From contig JAWMAR010000061.1 of NCBI GenBank assembly GCA_036785375.1, positions 9,238,001 to 9,302,000 on the forward strand: a stretch of 64,000 nucleotides of DNA, given 5' to 3'. This DNA comes from Leucoraja ocellata (Eukaryota). The notes beneath the pieces are model-generated. The model ran no database searches. It saw nothing but the letters and a program-made list of their open reading frames with translations, and was not told where the DNA came from. Positions 63,845 to 64,000 of this stretch are shown here, piece by piece. Made by a program: the position numbers and the translations under genes. Numbering within the stretch: position 1 is the stretch's first letter; every line of letters starts with the position of its first letter.

Positions 63845-63985
63845 TAGACACAAAGTGCTGGAATAAGTCAGAGGGTCAGGCAACATCTCTGGGGAACATG
63901 GACACAAAATGCTGCAGTAACTCAGCGGGACAGGCAGCATCTCTGGAGAGAAGGAATGGGTGACAATGCCGAGACCCTTCTTCGG
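63845..63985 (-). mobile_element. Penelope-like/hammerhead-motif repeat with tandem partial duplication
   Basis: gacacaaagtgctgga...ctctggggaacatg then gacacaaaatgctgcagtaactcagcgggacagg...gagacccttcttc. Confidence 0.6.
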
Positions 63986-64000
63986 AATAAATCTCCTTTA

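Overview
Vertebrate (eukaryotic) genomic DNA, most likely a skate or other cartilaginous fish, judging by HE1-type V-SINEs and CR1/Rex-type LINE debris. Two spliced genes lie tail to tail. On + is the 3' part of a TJP1/ZO-1 gene: 23 coding exons from mid-PDZ2 through PDZ3-SH3-GuK, the alpha exon, the Pro-rich region and ZU5, with the stop ending at 34217. On - is an APBA2/Mint2/X11L gene: 12 coding exons, ATG at 49669, stop at 39804-39806. One PDZ2 exon of APBA2 has two 1-nt deficits in short G/C runs. No FAM189/ENTREP gene is visible between the two genes. Introns hold CR1 and Rex/Babar fragments, V-SINEs, hAT and Tc1/mariner-like MITEs, minisatellites and two N-gaps. The most striking non-genic signal is a short, often head-to-head (palindromic) repeat family with about 18-20 copies. 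It carries a minimal hammerhead-ribozyme core (CTGAAGA-A-stem II-GAAAC-RTC) like those of Penelope-like elements, and one copy has been amplified into a 66-bp tandem array. Candidate unannotated TJP1 terminal or cassette exons are also reported. All calls come from reading the sequence and recalled homology; no searches were run.
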